Of a DNA stretch of 64,000 nucleotides, positions 40,074 to 50,078 are shown in pieces. The translations under genes and the position numbers were made by a program. The DNA lies in NCBI GenBank assembly GCA_045106415.1, contig JBGCEP010000010.1:1-64000 (forward strand), read 5' to 3'. The stretch is from Oligoflexales bacterium. Lineage in GTDB: Bacteria; Bdellovibrionota_B; Oligoflexia; Oligoflexales; Bog-1112. Every line of letters begins with the position of its first letter. Positions within the stretch are counted from its first letter, which is position 1. The notes beneath the pieces are model-generated. The model did not search any database. It had not been told where the DNA came from and saw only the letters and a list, made by a program, of their open reading frames with translations.

Positions 40074-40638
40074 GATGGTGTTCGTTATCGTTTGTTGGGG
40101 CTAGGAGAGCCTCAATGTCGTGAATTAGGTTTTTATTAAGAGGTTTGACCGAAGAGGAGTAGTGTTTGTAGACGTGCCCTTTTTTGTTAATGAGGAATTT
40201 TTCAAAATTCCATTGAACTTCTTTTTGGCCTGAATCTTGTGATAAAAAGCTATAAATAGCATTTTTTTGAGGACCTTTGATTTTAGATTTTTCAAAAATC
40301 TTAAAAGAAACTCCATAATTAAACTTACAGAATTCTTCTATTTTTTGACCAGTGAGAGGCTCTTGGTGAAAATCATCAGAAGGAAATGCTAGAACTTCAA
40401 AGCCTTGGTTCTTGTATTTTTCTTGAAGTGTTTGGAGGTTTTTGAGTTGAGGTGTGTAGCCACACTGTGAAGCAATATTTACGACAAGTAGGATTTGATC
40501 TTTAAATGACTTGAAAGGGAGTTCTTTACCGTTGAGAGTTTTTGCTGTGAGTTCATGAAAAGGTGAGGTTGCTTTAGCTACATGGGATGTAGAAAGACAG
40601 AGTAAAAAAAATATTTTGAACATCATAAAAAACCTCAT
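40057..40638 (-). CDS. Glutathione peroxidase family protein with signal peptide
   Basis: VNIASQCGYTPQ, LAFPSDDF, WNFEKFLI. Confidence 0.93.
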   Translation of the reverse strand: MRFFMMFKIFFLLCLSTSHVAKATSPFHELTAKTLNGKELPFKSFKDQILLVVNIASQCGYTPQLKNLQTLQEKYKNQGFEVLAFPSDDFHQEPLTGQKIEEFCKFNYGVSFKIFEKSKIKGPQKNAIYSFLSQDSGQKEVQWNFEKFLINKKGHVYKHYSSSVKPLNKNLIHDIEALLAPTNDNEHHHDHPH

Positions 40639-40700
40639 TGTGTTGAGTATGAGGTATTTTTCTATTATTTTGGGTTGTTGTCAAATTTTAACTGATGCTC

Positions 40701-41384
40701 TTATGGTCGTCGCACGTGATGTTTTTGTTTTTTTTGTATTGCTACAGAAAGTTCATGAATGTAAGAGTGGTCTCCAATTTGTAGCCATCCTCCTGTCTTC
40801 CGAATAGCGTGAATCATTTGACCTGCTTGAAGTCGAAAGCGGATTCGAGTTTGAGAGGAAGGGCCTTGAAAAACAGGGCAAGATCGTGTGATTCGGTACT
40901 GGCTTTTGAAATGGCCTCCATTCTTAAATGAAAAATGTTTTTTGAAAAAGTGTTTGTTTTTCTCTTCCTCACCCTGCTTCTCAAACCATGGATTTGAGGC
41001 GTCAGGTTTGGCTTCCTTAGAAAACCAGGTGTTGGGGGCACCAAACCATCCTTTTTTTGTTGCTTCAACATTATGGATAGCTTGCTGGTTTTGTGGGCTA
41101 AAAGATTGCTTTTGGTTTTGATGGTTAGGATTTGGCTTTTCTTGAGAGATGTTCTTTGGAAGGGGTTCTTCCGAGAAATCATCCTCATTATAAAAGTTGT
41201 TCGAGAGGGCGTCTTGTTCTTCTGACAGAGGTGTGCTGTTAAGTTCATCGAAGTTCTCATTTTCTTGAGAGATATTGTTTTGAGAAATCTCTTCAGAGGG
41301 TTCCGAGCTTATTTGTTGTCCTTCGTGTGTACCTGATAGGCAACCTGTGACCATAAAAATTAACCATGTGAGCTCTGTCTTCAT
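40701..41384 (-). CDS. Putative lipoprotein with disordered linker and C-terminal SH3b-like domain
   Basis: VTGC lipobox-like motif; VFQGPS...GWLQIG. Confidence 0.55.
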   Translation of the reverse strand: MKTELTWLIFMVTGCLSGTHEGQQISSEPSEEISQNNISQENENFDELNSTPLSEEQDALSNNFYNEDDFSEEPLPKNISQEKPNPNHQNQKQSFSPQNQQAIHNVEATKKGWFGAPNTWFSKEAKPDASNPWFEKQGEEEKNKHFFKKHFSFKNGGHFKSQYRITRSCPVFQGPSSQTRIRFRLQAGQMIHAIRKTGGWLQIGDHSYIHELSVAIQKKQKHHVRRP

Positions 41385-41419
41385 TTTTAACCTTTTTATT
41401 TGAGGTCTTTCTGTGGCAC

Positions 41420-41447
41420 TTTTCGGGTATTTTTTCTGAGGAGTTAA
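41420..41447 (-). promoter_or_regulatory. Possible sigma28-like promoter
   Basis: TAAC-N15-CCCGAAAA upstream of 41384. Confidence 0.3.
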
Positions 41448-41514
41448 GAAAAATATTTATGTCGCAGGTTGTTTGTGCCGAAATGCTATATGGGAACGAA
41501 GGAGATAGGGTCCG

Positions 41515-42510
41515 ATGAAGATACTTCTATATATGTCACAATCAGGGGCTGCTGAAATAGGAGCTATTCTACAAACCGGTGGGTATGAAACAGAGTGGGC
41601 TGATCAAAATCAAAGTTTTGAGGAGTTTCTTGCTAATGGAGCTTTAAGAAGCACTGCTCTCGTGATTATGGACTTTGTTTCTCAGTCAGGGGTGATTACA
41701 GCTGCTGAAGTTCTGAGGAGATCCCGAGAATCGATGGATGTTCCTGTCATGGTTGTGTCATCGAGCTCTGCTCCTGAAGTCTTGCAAACAGCGTTTGCTG
41801 CTGGAGCTTGTGATTTTATTGGAAAACCCGTTGTTGATTATGAGCTCTTGTCGAGGGTGCGTTTGGCTCTTCGGATGAAGCATGAAATTGACTCTAGGAT
41901 AGCTAGAGAAAGACAGCTTGAAGAACTTAATAAGCAGCTTGGTGATTTAAATGCTGTTCTGAATAGGCTTTCCTTAATCGACGGTCTGGTTGGGACACCG
42001 AACAGAAGGTGTTTTGATCAGTCTCTAGACCAAGAATGGAGAGCTTGTCAGCGTAGAGGGGTGCCTCTTACATTACTTATGATCGATATCGACCATTTTA
42101 AATCATATAATGATACTCATGGCCACCAAGCTGGAGATGAGTGTCTCAAAAAAGTTGCGAAAATTATAGGAACAACTTTAAGGAGGCCGACCGATCTTCT
42201 GGCTCGATACGGAGGTGAAGAATTTGCTGCTATTCTTCCTGAAACATCCGCTGAAGGGGCGAAGTATATTGCTGAGCAAATTTGCCAAGCGGTTGCCCAA
42301 GCAAAACTCATGCACGGTGGGCAAGAAGGTGTTGGTGTTGTGACAATCAGTGTGGGGGCAGCAACTTGTGCTGAAATGACAGATTTTGTTTTGCAAGATC
42401 TTATGAAAGCAGCTGACGATTGTTTGTACCAAGCAAAAGACAGAGGCCGAAATCAAGTTGTTGCATTAGAGCTTTGTCCTAAAGGTAAAAAACTAGAAAC
42501 ATCAGCATAA
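41515..42510 (+). CDS. Response regulator diguanylate cyclase (REC-GGDEF)
   Basis: N-terminal receiver domain; DIDHFK.YND..GH..GD; RPTD I-site; RYGGEEF. Confidence 0.94.
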   Translation: MKILLYMSQSGAAEIGAILQTGGYETEWADQNQSFEEFLANGALRSTALVIMDFVSQSGVITAAEVLRRSRESMDVPVMVVSSSSAPEVLQTAFAAGACDFIGKPVVDYELLSRVRLALRMKHEIDSRIARERQLEELNKQLGDLNAVLNRLSLIDGLVGTPNRRCFDQSLDQEWRACQRRGVPLTLLMIDIDHFKSYNDTHGHQAGDECLKKVAKIIGTTLRRPTDLLARYGGEEFAAILPETSAEGAKYIAEQICQAVAQAKLMHGGQEGVGVVTISVGAATCAEMTDFVLQDLMKAADDCLYQAKDRGRNQVVALELCPKGKKLETSA

Positions 42511-42540
42511 AAAAAATCAGCCTCTTTGCAGAGGCTGAAA
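42509..42540. terminator. Intrinsic terminator, likely for the RRM gene and possibly bidirectional
   Basis: A-tract, then TCAGCCTCT-ttgc-AGAGGCTGA, between convergent genes. Confidence 0.8.
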
Positions 42541-42573
42541 TACGAGTTTCAAGAATATTAAAACTCTAACGGA

Positions 42574-42894
42574 TTACCAGCGGTTTCCGTGGCTATGGTT
42601 GTCACCGAAACGGTTGTTACCATTGCCGCCACGAGGGCTGTTGCGAGGCTTATCTTTAGCTTCGTTGACTTTGATAGTACGACCATCAAGATCACTTCCA
42701 TCCATTTCTTCGATGGATTTCTGAGCATCTTCAGCGTCGTTGAATGTAACGAAACCGAATCCGCGAGAGCGACCTGTCTCACGATCAGAAATGACGCGTA
42801 CGTCTTGAATGTCACCGAATTGACTGAATGCTTGACGAAGACCTTCTTCATCAGTATTCCAACTTAAACTTCCAACAAAGACTTTGTTTCCCAT
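42574..42894 (-). CDS. RRM RNA-binding protein with Gly-rich tail
   Basis: VFVGSL (RNP2), RGFGFVTF (RNP1), DGRTIKVNEA. Confidence 0.95.
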   Translation of the reverse strand: MGNKVFVGSLSWNTDEEGLRQAFSQFGDIQDVRVISDRETGRSRGFGFVTFNDAEDAQKSIEEMDGSDLDGRTIKVNEAKDKPRNSPRGGNGNNRFGDNHSHGNRW

Positions 42895-43063
42895 GAACCT
42901 TCTCTAACTCTAACAACCAAGCCCTTCAATGAGAGCTTGCTGAACAGACATGGATAAATCGTAATGATTCACCCGACACCACAACAAGGTATCATCCTTT
43001 TCCTGTAAGATCACTAATATTTTTTTAAATATGCCCCACCTATCTTCTTTCACCATTTAATTG

Positions 43064-43099
43064 AAGAGTTAGCTTTAATAAAGTATAAAGCTAACTCTT
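43064..43099. repeat. 14-bp perfect inverted repeat in a divergent intergenic region
   Basis: AAGAGTTAGCTTTA-ataaagta-TAAAGCTAACTCTT. Confidence 0.85.
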
Positions 43100-43258
43100 T
43101 GATTGTTGTCTGAGCTTATCTGATGTGATCAAAATCGTCATTTCTATGTACTCATTTTGTTTTTTATCAGCTTATGATTGATGATCTTGGCTTCTTCATT
43201 TAAAAAGACAACTCTCTACGTGGTGAAAGCGTATATAGAAAATACGAGAGGAAAATGT

Positions 43259-43942
43259 ATGAAGATGTTGCTTGCAAGTGTGATGTGTGTTGTTTCTGTG
43301 TTTTTAGTAGCAGGAGCAGTAAAACCAGAGTGGATGTTTTTTCCTCTTTTATATAGCAGTGGTTTTTTGAGTGTGTTGAGTATTCTTTTACTTGGCTGTT
43401 TATTGACGGCGAAAAGCACATCTCACGTCGCGGACTTTGAAGATGAAAATAGCCGTTTAAAAGATGAGAATGATGCGTTTAGTAAAGCTTTATCAGCTGT
43501 AGAAAAAGAGCTTAACGTGTTGAGGAAGGATGCACAAAAAGGCGCTAAAGAGGCAAGGGATTCTAAGGAGTTTATTTATAGCTTTTTAGGTCTTTTACAA
43601 AAAGAGGGTCGTTTTTTAGATTTTGTTATGGATGACGTGGCTCAATATAGCGACGAAGAGATTGGAGCAGCAGCACGACTTGTTCATCAGGGTTGTCATC
43701 GGTTGATGGATCAATACTTTCAGATTCAAGCAGTTGAAGAGCAAGCAGAGGGCTCTCGAATTTCGTTAACAGATAATTATGATGCAAATCATTATAAAGT
43801 TGTGGGATCGGCGACGCTCCCTTGTCAAGGAGTGCTGACTCATGCAGGTTGGAAAGTTATGGAATGTTCTTTGCCTCAGCCTGTGGGAAAACACCATTTT
43901 ATTATGGCGCAGGCTGAAGTTGAAGTTGGAGGTGTGATGTGA
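43259..43942 (+). CDS. DUF2760 domain protein, membrane-anchored with coiled coil
   Basis: LGLLQKEGRFLDF...DEEIGAAARLVHQGC...GVLTHAGW...AQAEVEV; GAGAGG RBS. Confidence 0.85.
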   Translation: MKMLLASVMCVVSVFLVAGAVKPEWMFFPLLYSSGFLSVLSILLLGCLLTAKSTSHVADFEDENSRLKDENDAFSKALSAVEKELNVLRKDAQKGAKEARDSKEFIYSFLGLLQKEGRFLDFVMDDVAQYSDEEIGAAARLVHQGCHRLMDQYFQIQAVEEQAEGSRISLTDNYDANHYKVVGSATLPCQGVLTHAGWKVMECSLPQPVGKHHFIMAQAEVEVGGVM

Positions 43943-45705
43943 GTGTTTTAGGGATTGATTTAGGGACTTCAAATTCAGCTATGGCACTATGCCCAGAAGC
44001 AAAAGATGCAAAAGCATATCTTTTAAATATTCCTCAGGTCTCTGTACAGCAGCAAATTGGTGTTGAAGAGAAACTTCTTCCTTCTGTATTGTACGCCTGT
44101 GATGAAAGTGAAAAAGCACTATTAAAACTCAAGGGCAATGATACTTATGTTGCTGGTGTTTTTGCTCGAGAAAAAGCTTATGAACGTCCGGATAGAGCTA
44201 TTTTATCAGCGAAGTCTTGGTTGTCAGCGTCTTATGCAGATCGATTGCAGCCTATTTTACCAATGGGCTCTGAGTGTGTAGAAAAACTGTCACCGGTGGA
44301 TGCTTCTATCAGTATTTTGAAGCAATTGGAGTCTGCTTGGGTTGAAAGTGCTCAGGATATCAAAAGAACAGTAGTGACTGTTCCTGCGTCTTTTGATGAA
44401 ACAGCGCGTCAGTTAACGATGAAAGCTATCCAGGCGACAAGTTTTCCAAAAGTGAGTTTGTTAGAAGAGCCACAAGCAGCATTTTATGCATGGCTCGCAC
44501 AAAATGAAAATTGGCGTGATCAAGTTCAACCTGGAGATGTTATTTTAGTTTGCGATATCGGGGGTGGTACAACCGATATGACTCTGGTTCTTGTTCAAGA
44601 AAAAAATGGGGAAGTTGAGCTAGAAAGAATTGCTGTGGGTCAACATTTATTGCTGGGTGGCGATAATATGGATTTGGCTTTAGCGATGAAGCTTGCACAA
44701 GATTTAGGGGCTCTTGATCATTGGCAAATTCAGTCTCTAGTTCAAAGTTGTCGTATTGCAAAAGAAAAACTTTGGAATGATGACTCTTTATCTGAAATAA
44801 AAGTGAGTGTCGCAGCACGAAGTGCGAAGTTGTTTGCTAAGACATTGTCAACAACGTTAACGCGCGATACTTTGAATGAGTTTATTTTAGAAGGCTTTTT
44901 TCCGAAGATTGGAGTGGAATCACAGCCTATGAAGTCTCGTCAGAGTGGCTTGCGAGATATGGGGTTGAGATATGTACAAGATCCTGCGATTACAAAACAT
45001 ATTGCTGAGTTCTTAGTTTCATCACTTCGTAGTCTTAAAGATACTGAGTATAGCGAGCTGTTACAAAAACATATGAATCAAGGTTTTGTGAGTCCGAACG
45101 CTATACTTTTTAATGGTGGTGTTTTTAAGGCAGAAACATTACGCCAAAGGGTCGTGCAAGTTGTGAGTTCATGGGGAAACTATGCAGTCACACCTTTGAT
45201 GACAGAGTCATTGGATTCAGCTGTGGCTTATGGTGCTGCTGTTTATGGACAGTTGTGTGAGTCTGGTGAAGGAATAAGAGTCAGAGCAGGAACCTCTCAT
45301 AGTTACTACTTAGGAGTAGAAGCTCCTGGTATGGCCATCCCGGGTATGACGCCTCGCATTAATGGTGTTTGTGTGGTTCCGCAAGGTACTGAAGAAGGTT
45401 CAAGTGTGATGCTTGATCAGAAAACTTTTGGTTTGGTTGTCGGGGAACCTGTTGAATTTCAGTTTTTTCAATCATCTCAGCGAGCTTCAGACCATTTGGG
45501 TGCTGTTGTGGGACAGGCTGAGCAAGTTTTGGATAAGGCAGGCTGTTTAACAATGACGATTCCTTTAGATGAGAGCCATGGCCGAGAAGTGATCCCTGTT
45601 CTTTTAAAATCATATGTGAGTGAACTAGGTGTGTTAGAACTTTCTTTAAAACACACGTTATCTGAGCGTAGCTGGAAATTAGAGTTTGACGTAAGAGCAG
45701 AATAG
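43939..45705 (+). CDS. Atypical Hsp70-family protein
   Basis: GIDLGTSNS, TVPASFD, EEPQAA, DIGGGTTD, LLGGDNMD; no DnaK-type substrate domain or lid. Confidence 0.92.
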   Translation: MSVLGIDLGTSNSAMALCPEAKDAKAYLLNIPQVSVQQQIGVEEKLLPSVLYACDESEKALLKLKGNDTYVAGVFAREKAYERPDRAILSAKSWLSASYADRLQPILPMGSECVEKLSPVDASISILKQLESAWVESAQDIKRTVVTVPASFDETARQLTMKAIQATSFPKVSLLEEPQAAFYAWLAQNENWRDQVQPGDVILVCDIGGGTTDMTLVLVQEKNGEVELERIAVGQHLLLGGDNMDLALAMKLAQDLGALDHWQIQSLVQSCRIAKEKLWNDDSLSEIKVSVAARSAKLFAKTLSTTLTRDTLNEFILEGFFPKIGVESQPMKSRQSGLRDMGLRYVQDPAITKHIAEFLVSSLRSLKDTEYSELLQKHMNQGFVSPNAILFNGGVFKAETLRQRVVQVVSSWGNYAVTPLMTESLDSAVAYGAAVYGQLCESGEGIRVRAGTSHSYYLGVEAPGMAIPGMTPRINGVCVVPQGTEEGSSVMLDQKTFGLVVGEPVEFQFFQSSQRASDHLGAVVGQAEQVLDKAGCLTMTIPLDESHGREVIPVLLKSYVSELGVLELSLKHTLSERSWKLEFDVRAE

Positions 45706-45731
45706 TCGTTTTTAGTATGAAAGGTGTGGTG

Positions 45732-48437
45732 ATGGCCCGTTATTTAGTTGGGATTGACCTAGGTACGACCAATAGCGCGTTATCGTGGGTAGATACTTTA
45801 GATCGTTTAAAAAAGATAAATAACCTAGAAATTGAGCAATTTGAAGACCACAAGCTTCGTGTTTTTTCGAAAGTTGTGCCTTCTTTTTTATATATTCCAA
45901 CTAAAAAACAAAAAAAGGATGCAAGCTCCGAAGGGTGGCTGAATTTAGAGTCTGATTCTAAAAGTCCCTGGGTTGGTGTTTATGCGAAGCAGAGGCAGTA
46001 TACTGATTCTGACCGAGTTGTCGCTTCGGCGAAATCGTGGTTGTGCCATAACGGTGTCGATAGAAATCATAAAATTTTACCATGGGGCTCGTCGACGGTT
46101 GTTTCTGCTGAAAAAGTATCGCCAGTTGAAGCTTTAACTGCATATATTATTGTTTTAAAAGAAGCTTGGAATTCACAAAAAGCACATATAGATCCAGATT
46201 TTAGACTTGAACTTCAAGACGTCACTTTAACTGTCCCAGCTTCTTTTGACGAAGTTGCAAGCCGATTAACGCTCCAAGCGGCAAGTTTAGCTGGGCTTGA
46301 AAAGGTAAGGCTCATTGAAGAGCCGCAAGCAGCTTTTTATGAGTGGATGTATAGAGATGGTGTTGATGAGGCTCCCCATAAGCTTACTCATTTTTTAAAT
46401 GAGCGTGACCAAGCGATATTATTGATTTGTGATATTGGCGGAGGAACGAGTGATTTGAGTCTTTTGCGTCTTCATAAAGGTGGTGATGTTGAGAGAATTG
46501 CTGTTAGTGAACACATTCTCTTAGGAGGAGATAATATTGATCAATCCTTGGCTCATCACTATGAAAAAGAGTTTGTTGACGCAGGATTTAATTTACAAGG
46601 ACAGGTTTGGGCTTCTTTTATAGCACAATGCCGTCGTTTGAAAGAGCAAGCCTTATCAGGAAACGATCACGAGTTAAAACTTTCTTTGTCGAATCAAAAA
46701 TCAAAACTTTTTGGTAATACTAAAACGATCTCTATTGATAGAGAGGAGCTTTGTGAATTTGTGCTCGAAGGTTTTTTTCCGGAGTGCAATAAAGATTTTC
46801 GTTTTGAAAAATCGTATCGTGCAGGTTTGCAAGAATGGGGACTTCCATATGCTGCTGATCCAGGAATTTCAAGGCATATTGCGCATTTCCTTGATGGAAG
46901 ATCTATTGACGGTGTGCTTTATACTGGTGGAACACTAAAGCCTGATTTATTGCAAAAACACCTTACGAAACAGATGGAATCTTGGCAAGAGTCTAAAATT
47001 CTTGAGTTTGATGTTGCAGATATGGATTTAGCTGTGTCTCGAGGTGCTGCTTGGCATGGTGCAAGCGCCATGGGGCTCTGTGGACAGATTCGGTCTGGTT
47101 ATGCAAGAACCTTGTATGTCGAAGTTCAGCGTAAAGATGCCTCAAAAGCAGCGTTATGCTTGGTGCCTAGAGGAGCAAAAACAGGTAGTGAGTTCTCTGT
47201 TGAAATACCTGGGTTACAAGTGCGCTTAGGAGAGCCAATACGGTTTCGTTTGCTGTCGAGTTTAGAGCCTATTCATCAGCTTGGGGATCTTTTAGATGTG
47301 ACGTATGATATGTCTCCTCTCGCTCCTTTGGAAACACTCTTAAAACATCCGTCTGGTAAGAAAGGCTTGGTGCCTGCATATTTAAAAGTGCACGTGATGG
47401 ATACAGGTCTTTTAAAGGTGGCGTGTGTGCATGAAGAGATATCATGGGATTTGGAGTTTGTGACAAGAGCTCATTTTGAGTGGCAAGAGCATCAAAACAC
47501 AGCAGAACTGAAAGATCTCCAGCCTCAACATCTTAATCAAGCGATAGCGCGAATCGATGAGTGTTTTGGAAAAGCGAAAAAAGATACGTTTTTGCTCAAC
47601 CCACAGCGATTGATTCGAGAGATGGAAAGTCTTTTTGAAAAACCAAGATCTCAATGGAATGCTTATGTTTTACGAAAACTTTGGGAGCCTTTAGCTCGAG
47701 GTATGACTCGAAGGTTTCGCTCTGAAAAACATGAGCATGCTTGGCTTCAGCTGGTAGGATTTACCTTAAGGCCAGGCTTTGGCGTTGAGTTTGATGAGTT
47801 TAGAATTGCTCAAGCTATGACGGTGTTAAGTGCTGGAGTTCAAAACAAAACCCCGCAAGTTCTTGATCAATGGTGGATTTTTTGGCGACGACTTGCCGGA
47901 GGTTTGACTCGTGACCAGCAGAATAAAATTTTTGATAAATCCTACCCTCTCTTTCTTAAAAAATCTGAAACATCGGAGTTGATCCGGTGTTTAGGTGCTT
48001 TTGAAAGAATGGATATTGATCGTAAAAAGAAACTTGGATCAAAGTTGGTACAAGATTTACAAAAAGAGTCTTATCGTTATGCTGAAGCAGCGTTATGGTC
48101 GTTAGCAAGACTTGGGAGTAGAAGCCTGCTTTACGCAAGTCAGGAAAATGTTGTTCCCCCTGCTGTTGTTGTTGCATGGTGGCCTGAGCTGCAATTGAGT
48201 GGTGTGGGTGATAGGTGCCCACAGGAGTTCTTGTTTTTTCTTTCTTGTATTGTGAGAAAAGTTGAGAGTCGTTATTTTGACCTTCCGCTTGTCGAACAAA
48301 AGAATATTCTTAATTATATGAAGTTAAAGAATGCCCACCCTGACCAAATGAGCCGAGCCATGGGGCTTTTGCAACATTCGAAAGCGGAACAGTTTGTACA
48401 GTTTGGAGAGGAGCTTCCATCAGGTCTTTTTCTATAG
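45732..48437 (+). CDS. Atypical Hsp70-family protein with C-terminal DUF3731-like helical domain
   Basis: Hsp70 NBD motifs; HEHAWLQLVGFTLRPGFG, WWIFWRRLAGGL, terminal FGEELPSGL; ORF open from 45717. Confidence 0.9.
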   Translation: MARYLVGIDLGTTNSALSWVDTLDRLKKINNLEIEQFEDHKLRVFSKVVPSFLYIPTKKQKKDASSEGWLNLESDSKSPWVGVYAKQRQYTDSDRVVASAKSWLCHNGVDRNHKILPWGSSTVVSAEKVSPVEALTAYIIVLKEAWNSQKAHIDPDFRLELQDVTLTVPASFDEVASRLTLQAASLAGLEKVRLIEEPQAAFYEWMYRDGVDEAPHKLTHFLNERDQAILLICDIGGGTSDLSLLRLHKGGDVERIAVSEHILLGGDNIDQSLAHHYEKEFVDAGFNLQGQVWASFIAQCRRLKEQALSGNDHELKLSLSNQKSKLFGNTKTISIDREELCEFVLEGFFPECNKDFRFEKSYRAGLQEWGLPYAADPGISRHIAHFLDGRSIDGVLYTGGTLKPDLLQKHLTKQMESWQESKILEFDVADMDLAVSRGAAWHGASAMGLCGQIRSGYARTLYVEVQRKDASKAALCLVPRGAKTGSEFSVEIPGLQVRLGEPIRFRLLSSLEPIHQLGDLLDVTYDMSPLAPLETLLKHPSGKKGLVPAYLKVHVMDTGLLKVACVHEEISWDLEFVTRAHFEWQEHQNTAELKDLQPQHLNQAIARIDECFGKAKKDTFLLNPQRLIREMESLFEKPRSQWNAYVLRKLWEPLARGMTRRFRSEKHEHAWLQLVGFTLRPGFGVEFDEFRIAQAMTVLSAGVQNKTPQVLDQWWIFWRRLAGGLTRDQQNKIFDKSYPLFLKKSETSELIRCLGAFERMDIDRKKKLGSKLVQDLQKESYRYAEAALWSLARLGSRSLLYASQENVVPPAVVVAWWPELQLSGVGDRCPQEFLFFLSCIVRKVESRYFDLPLVEQKNILNYMKLKNAHPDQMSRAMGLLQHSKAEQFVQFGEELPSGLFL

Positions 48438-48746
48438 CTCTTCGTCGTGTGGTTTAGAGTGTGTTGTGATATGAGGTTGTTCATGAATTTTGACAATCAC
48501 AGCATGTGAAAATGTTTCTTCCAGGTGTTCGACTTGGAGACAGAAGTGGAGTTTTTCGCAGTTGGAAGTTTTGGAAAGTAGGCTTTGGATTGTCTTCCAG
48601 TCTGGTTTTGACAAAGCAAGACACCCAGTACCATCGACGTTTCCGGTGTAATATCCCGAAAAAGTCAGGGTACTGTAAGTGTCAGATATGAGGATGCGAG
48701 CAAGACTCTTTGAAGTTTGAGGAGAGCCTTGTGTCAAGGGGTTCAT
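48432..48746 (-). CDS. Hypothetical protein
   Basis: 104-aa ORF translationally coupled to glpX. Confidence 0.45.
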   Translation of the reverse strand: MNPLTQGSPQTSKSLARILISDTYSTLTFSGYYTGNVDGTGCLALSKPDWKTIQSLLSKTSNCEKLHFCLQVEHLEETFSHAVIVKIHEQPHITTHSKPHDEEL

Positions 48747-49711
48747 AGTGTCGATGTGTATCCTGGTTTACGAGTAAGGTCATGCTGAGCCTCAATGAAA
48801 CGAATCGTTCCACTCTCAGAGCGCATCACCATGGAGTGAGTTGTAGCCATACGACTACCTGAAAATTTAACCCCACGTAGCATAGAACCGTCAGTGACAC
48901 CTGTTGCACAGAACATCACTTTCCCTTTTGCTAGCTCGTCGATGCTATAAACCTTATCAAGATCGGTGATACCCATTTTATGAGCCCGAGCTTTTTCTTG
49001 GTCGTTACGAAAGCAGAGGCGGCCAAAAAAGTTACCACCGATACATCGCATGGCAGCTGCAGCGATCACTCCCTCTGGAGCTCCCCCTGTGCCCATCATG
49101 ACATCAATACCTGTGTTGGGCATTGCAACAGAGATGGCGGCTTGGACATCACCGTCTGGTATCATCCAAACTCGCGCCCCGGCTTGTCTGACTTCTCCTA
49201 AAAGGTCGTGGTGTCGAGGTCTGTCCAAAATGACAACTGTTAAATCAGATATTTTGCAAGATTTTGCTTCAGCGATACGCTTTAGGTTTTCTGTTGGAGT
49301 GGCGTCAAACGAAACAGCATGGGCAGCTTCAGGTCCGACAGCAAGCTTTTCCATATAGGTATCGGGGGCGTGTAAAAAGTGACCTTCTTCAGCGATTGCA
49401 ATCACAGATAAAGCATTAGGACCACCTTTTGCACAGATGCTTGTGCCCTCAAGTGGGTCGAGGGCAAGGTCAAGGGGGTGCCCTTCGCCGGTTCCTACTT
49501 TTTCACCGATATATAACATGGGTGCTTCATCTCTTTCACCTTCCCCTATTTTTACTGTTCCAGCAAAAGGGATACGATCAAAAGCTTTACGCATAGCTTC
49601 AACAGCTTCATGGTCAGCTGCTTTTTCGTTCCCACGTCCCATCAACCGAGCGCTTGCAAGAGCGGCTGCTTCGCTGACGCGGACAAACTCTAAGGCGAAA
49701 TTGCGATCCAT
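48743..49711 (-). CDS. glpX: Class II fructose-1,6-bisphosphatase
   Basis: IGEGERDEAPMLYIGE, DPLEGT, APDTYMEK, GGAPEGV, ATGVTDG. Confidence 0.97.
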   Translation of the reverse strand: MDRNFALEFVRVSEAAALASARLMGRGNEKAADHEAVEAMRKAFDRIPFAGTVKIGEGERDEAPMLYIGEKVGTGEGHPLDLALDPLEGTSICAKGGPNALSVIAIAEEGHFLHAPDTYMEKLAVGPEAAHAVSFDATPTENLKRIAEAKSCKISDLTVVILDRPRHHDLLGEVRQAGARVWMIPDGDVQAAISVAMPNTGIDVMMGTGGAPEGVIAAAAMRCIGGNFFGRLCFRNDQEKARAHKMGITDLDKVYSIDELAKGKVMFCATGVTDGSMLRGVKFSGSRMATTHSMVMRSESGTIRFIEAQHDLTRKPGYTSTL

Positions 49712-50078
49712 GACTTCTCCTGTGTCTAATGTTCGCGGAGATACGATTATAGTGCATGCGATGTCATGAAACCTAGGGGTTTTTTTATAGACGTTGGAGA
49801 AATCATAACAAAGCTTGCCTGAATCGGTATTTTCCCTCAGAAAATTGTTAAAATCTGATCTTCATAACGGCGTTATGTTCTGAGCATAAATAGACATATT
49901 CTTGTTTTACATTTTTTGAGATCAATGAAATCTTAGTCATAGAGTGTGAATGCGCTCTTAAAAAATCATTTAAAGTCAAAGACTTAATTTTTTTTGCTCT
50001 TTGTTTTGTTGTGCCTATATTCAAGCTGCCAGATTTCAAAAAATATACTGCTAATATGGAGTATAGATTTTTAAGTGA

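Noticed and set aside
43939..48437. Calling these genes dnaK or hscA
   Set aside because: They lack the DnaK substrate-binding domain and the dnaJ/grpE or isc context
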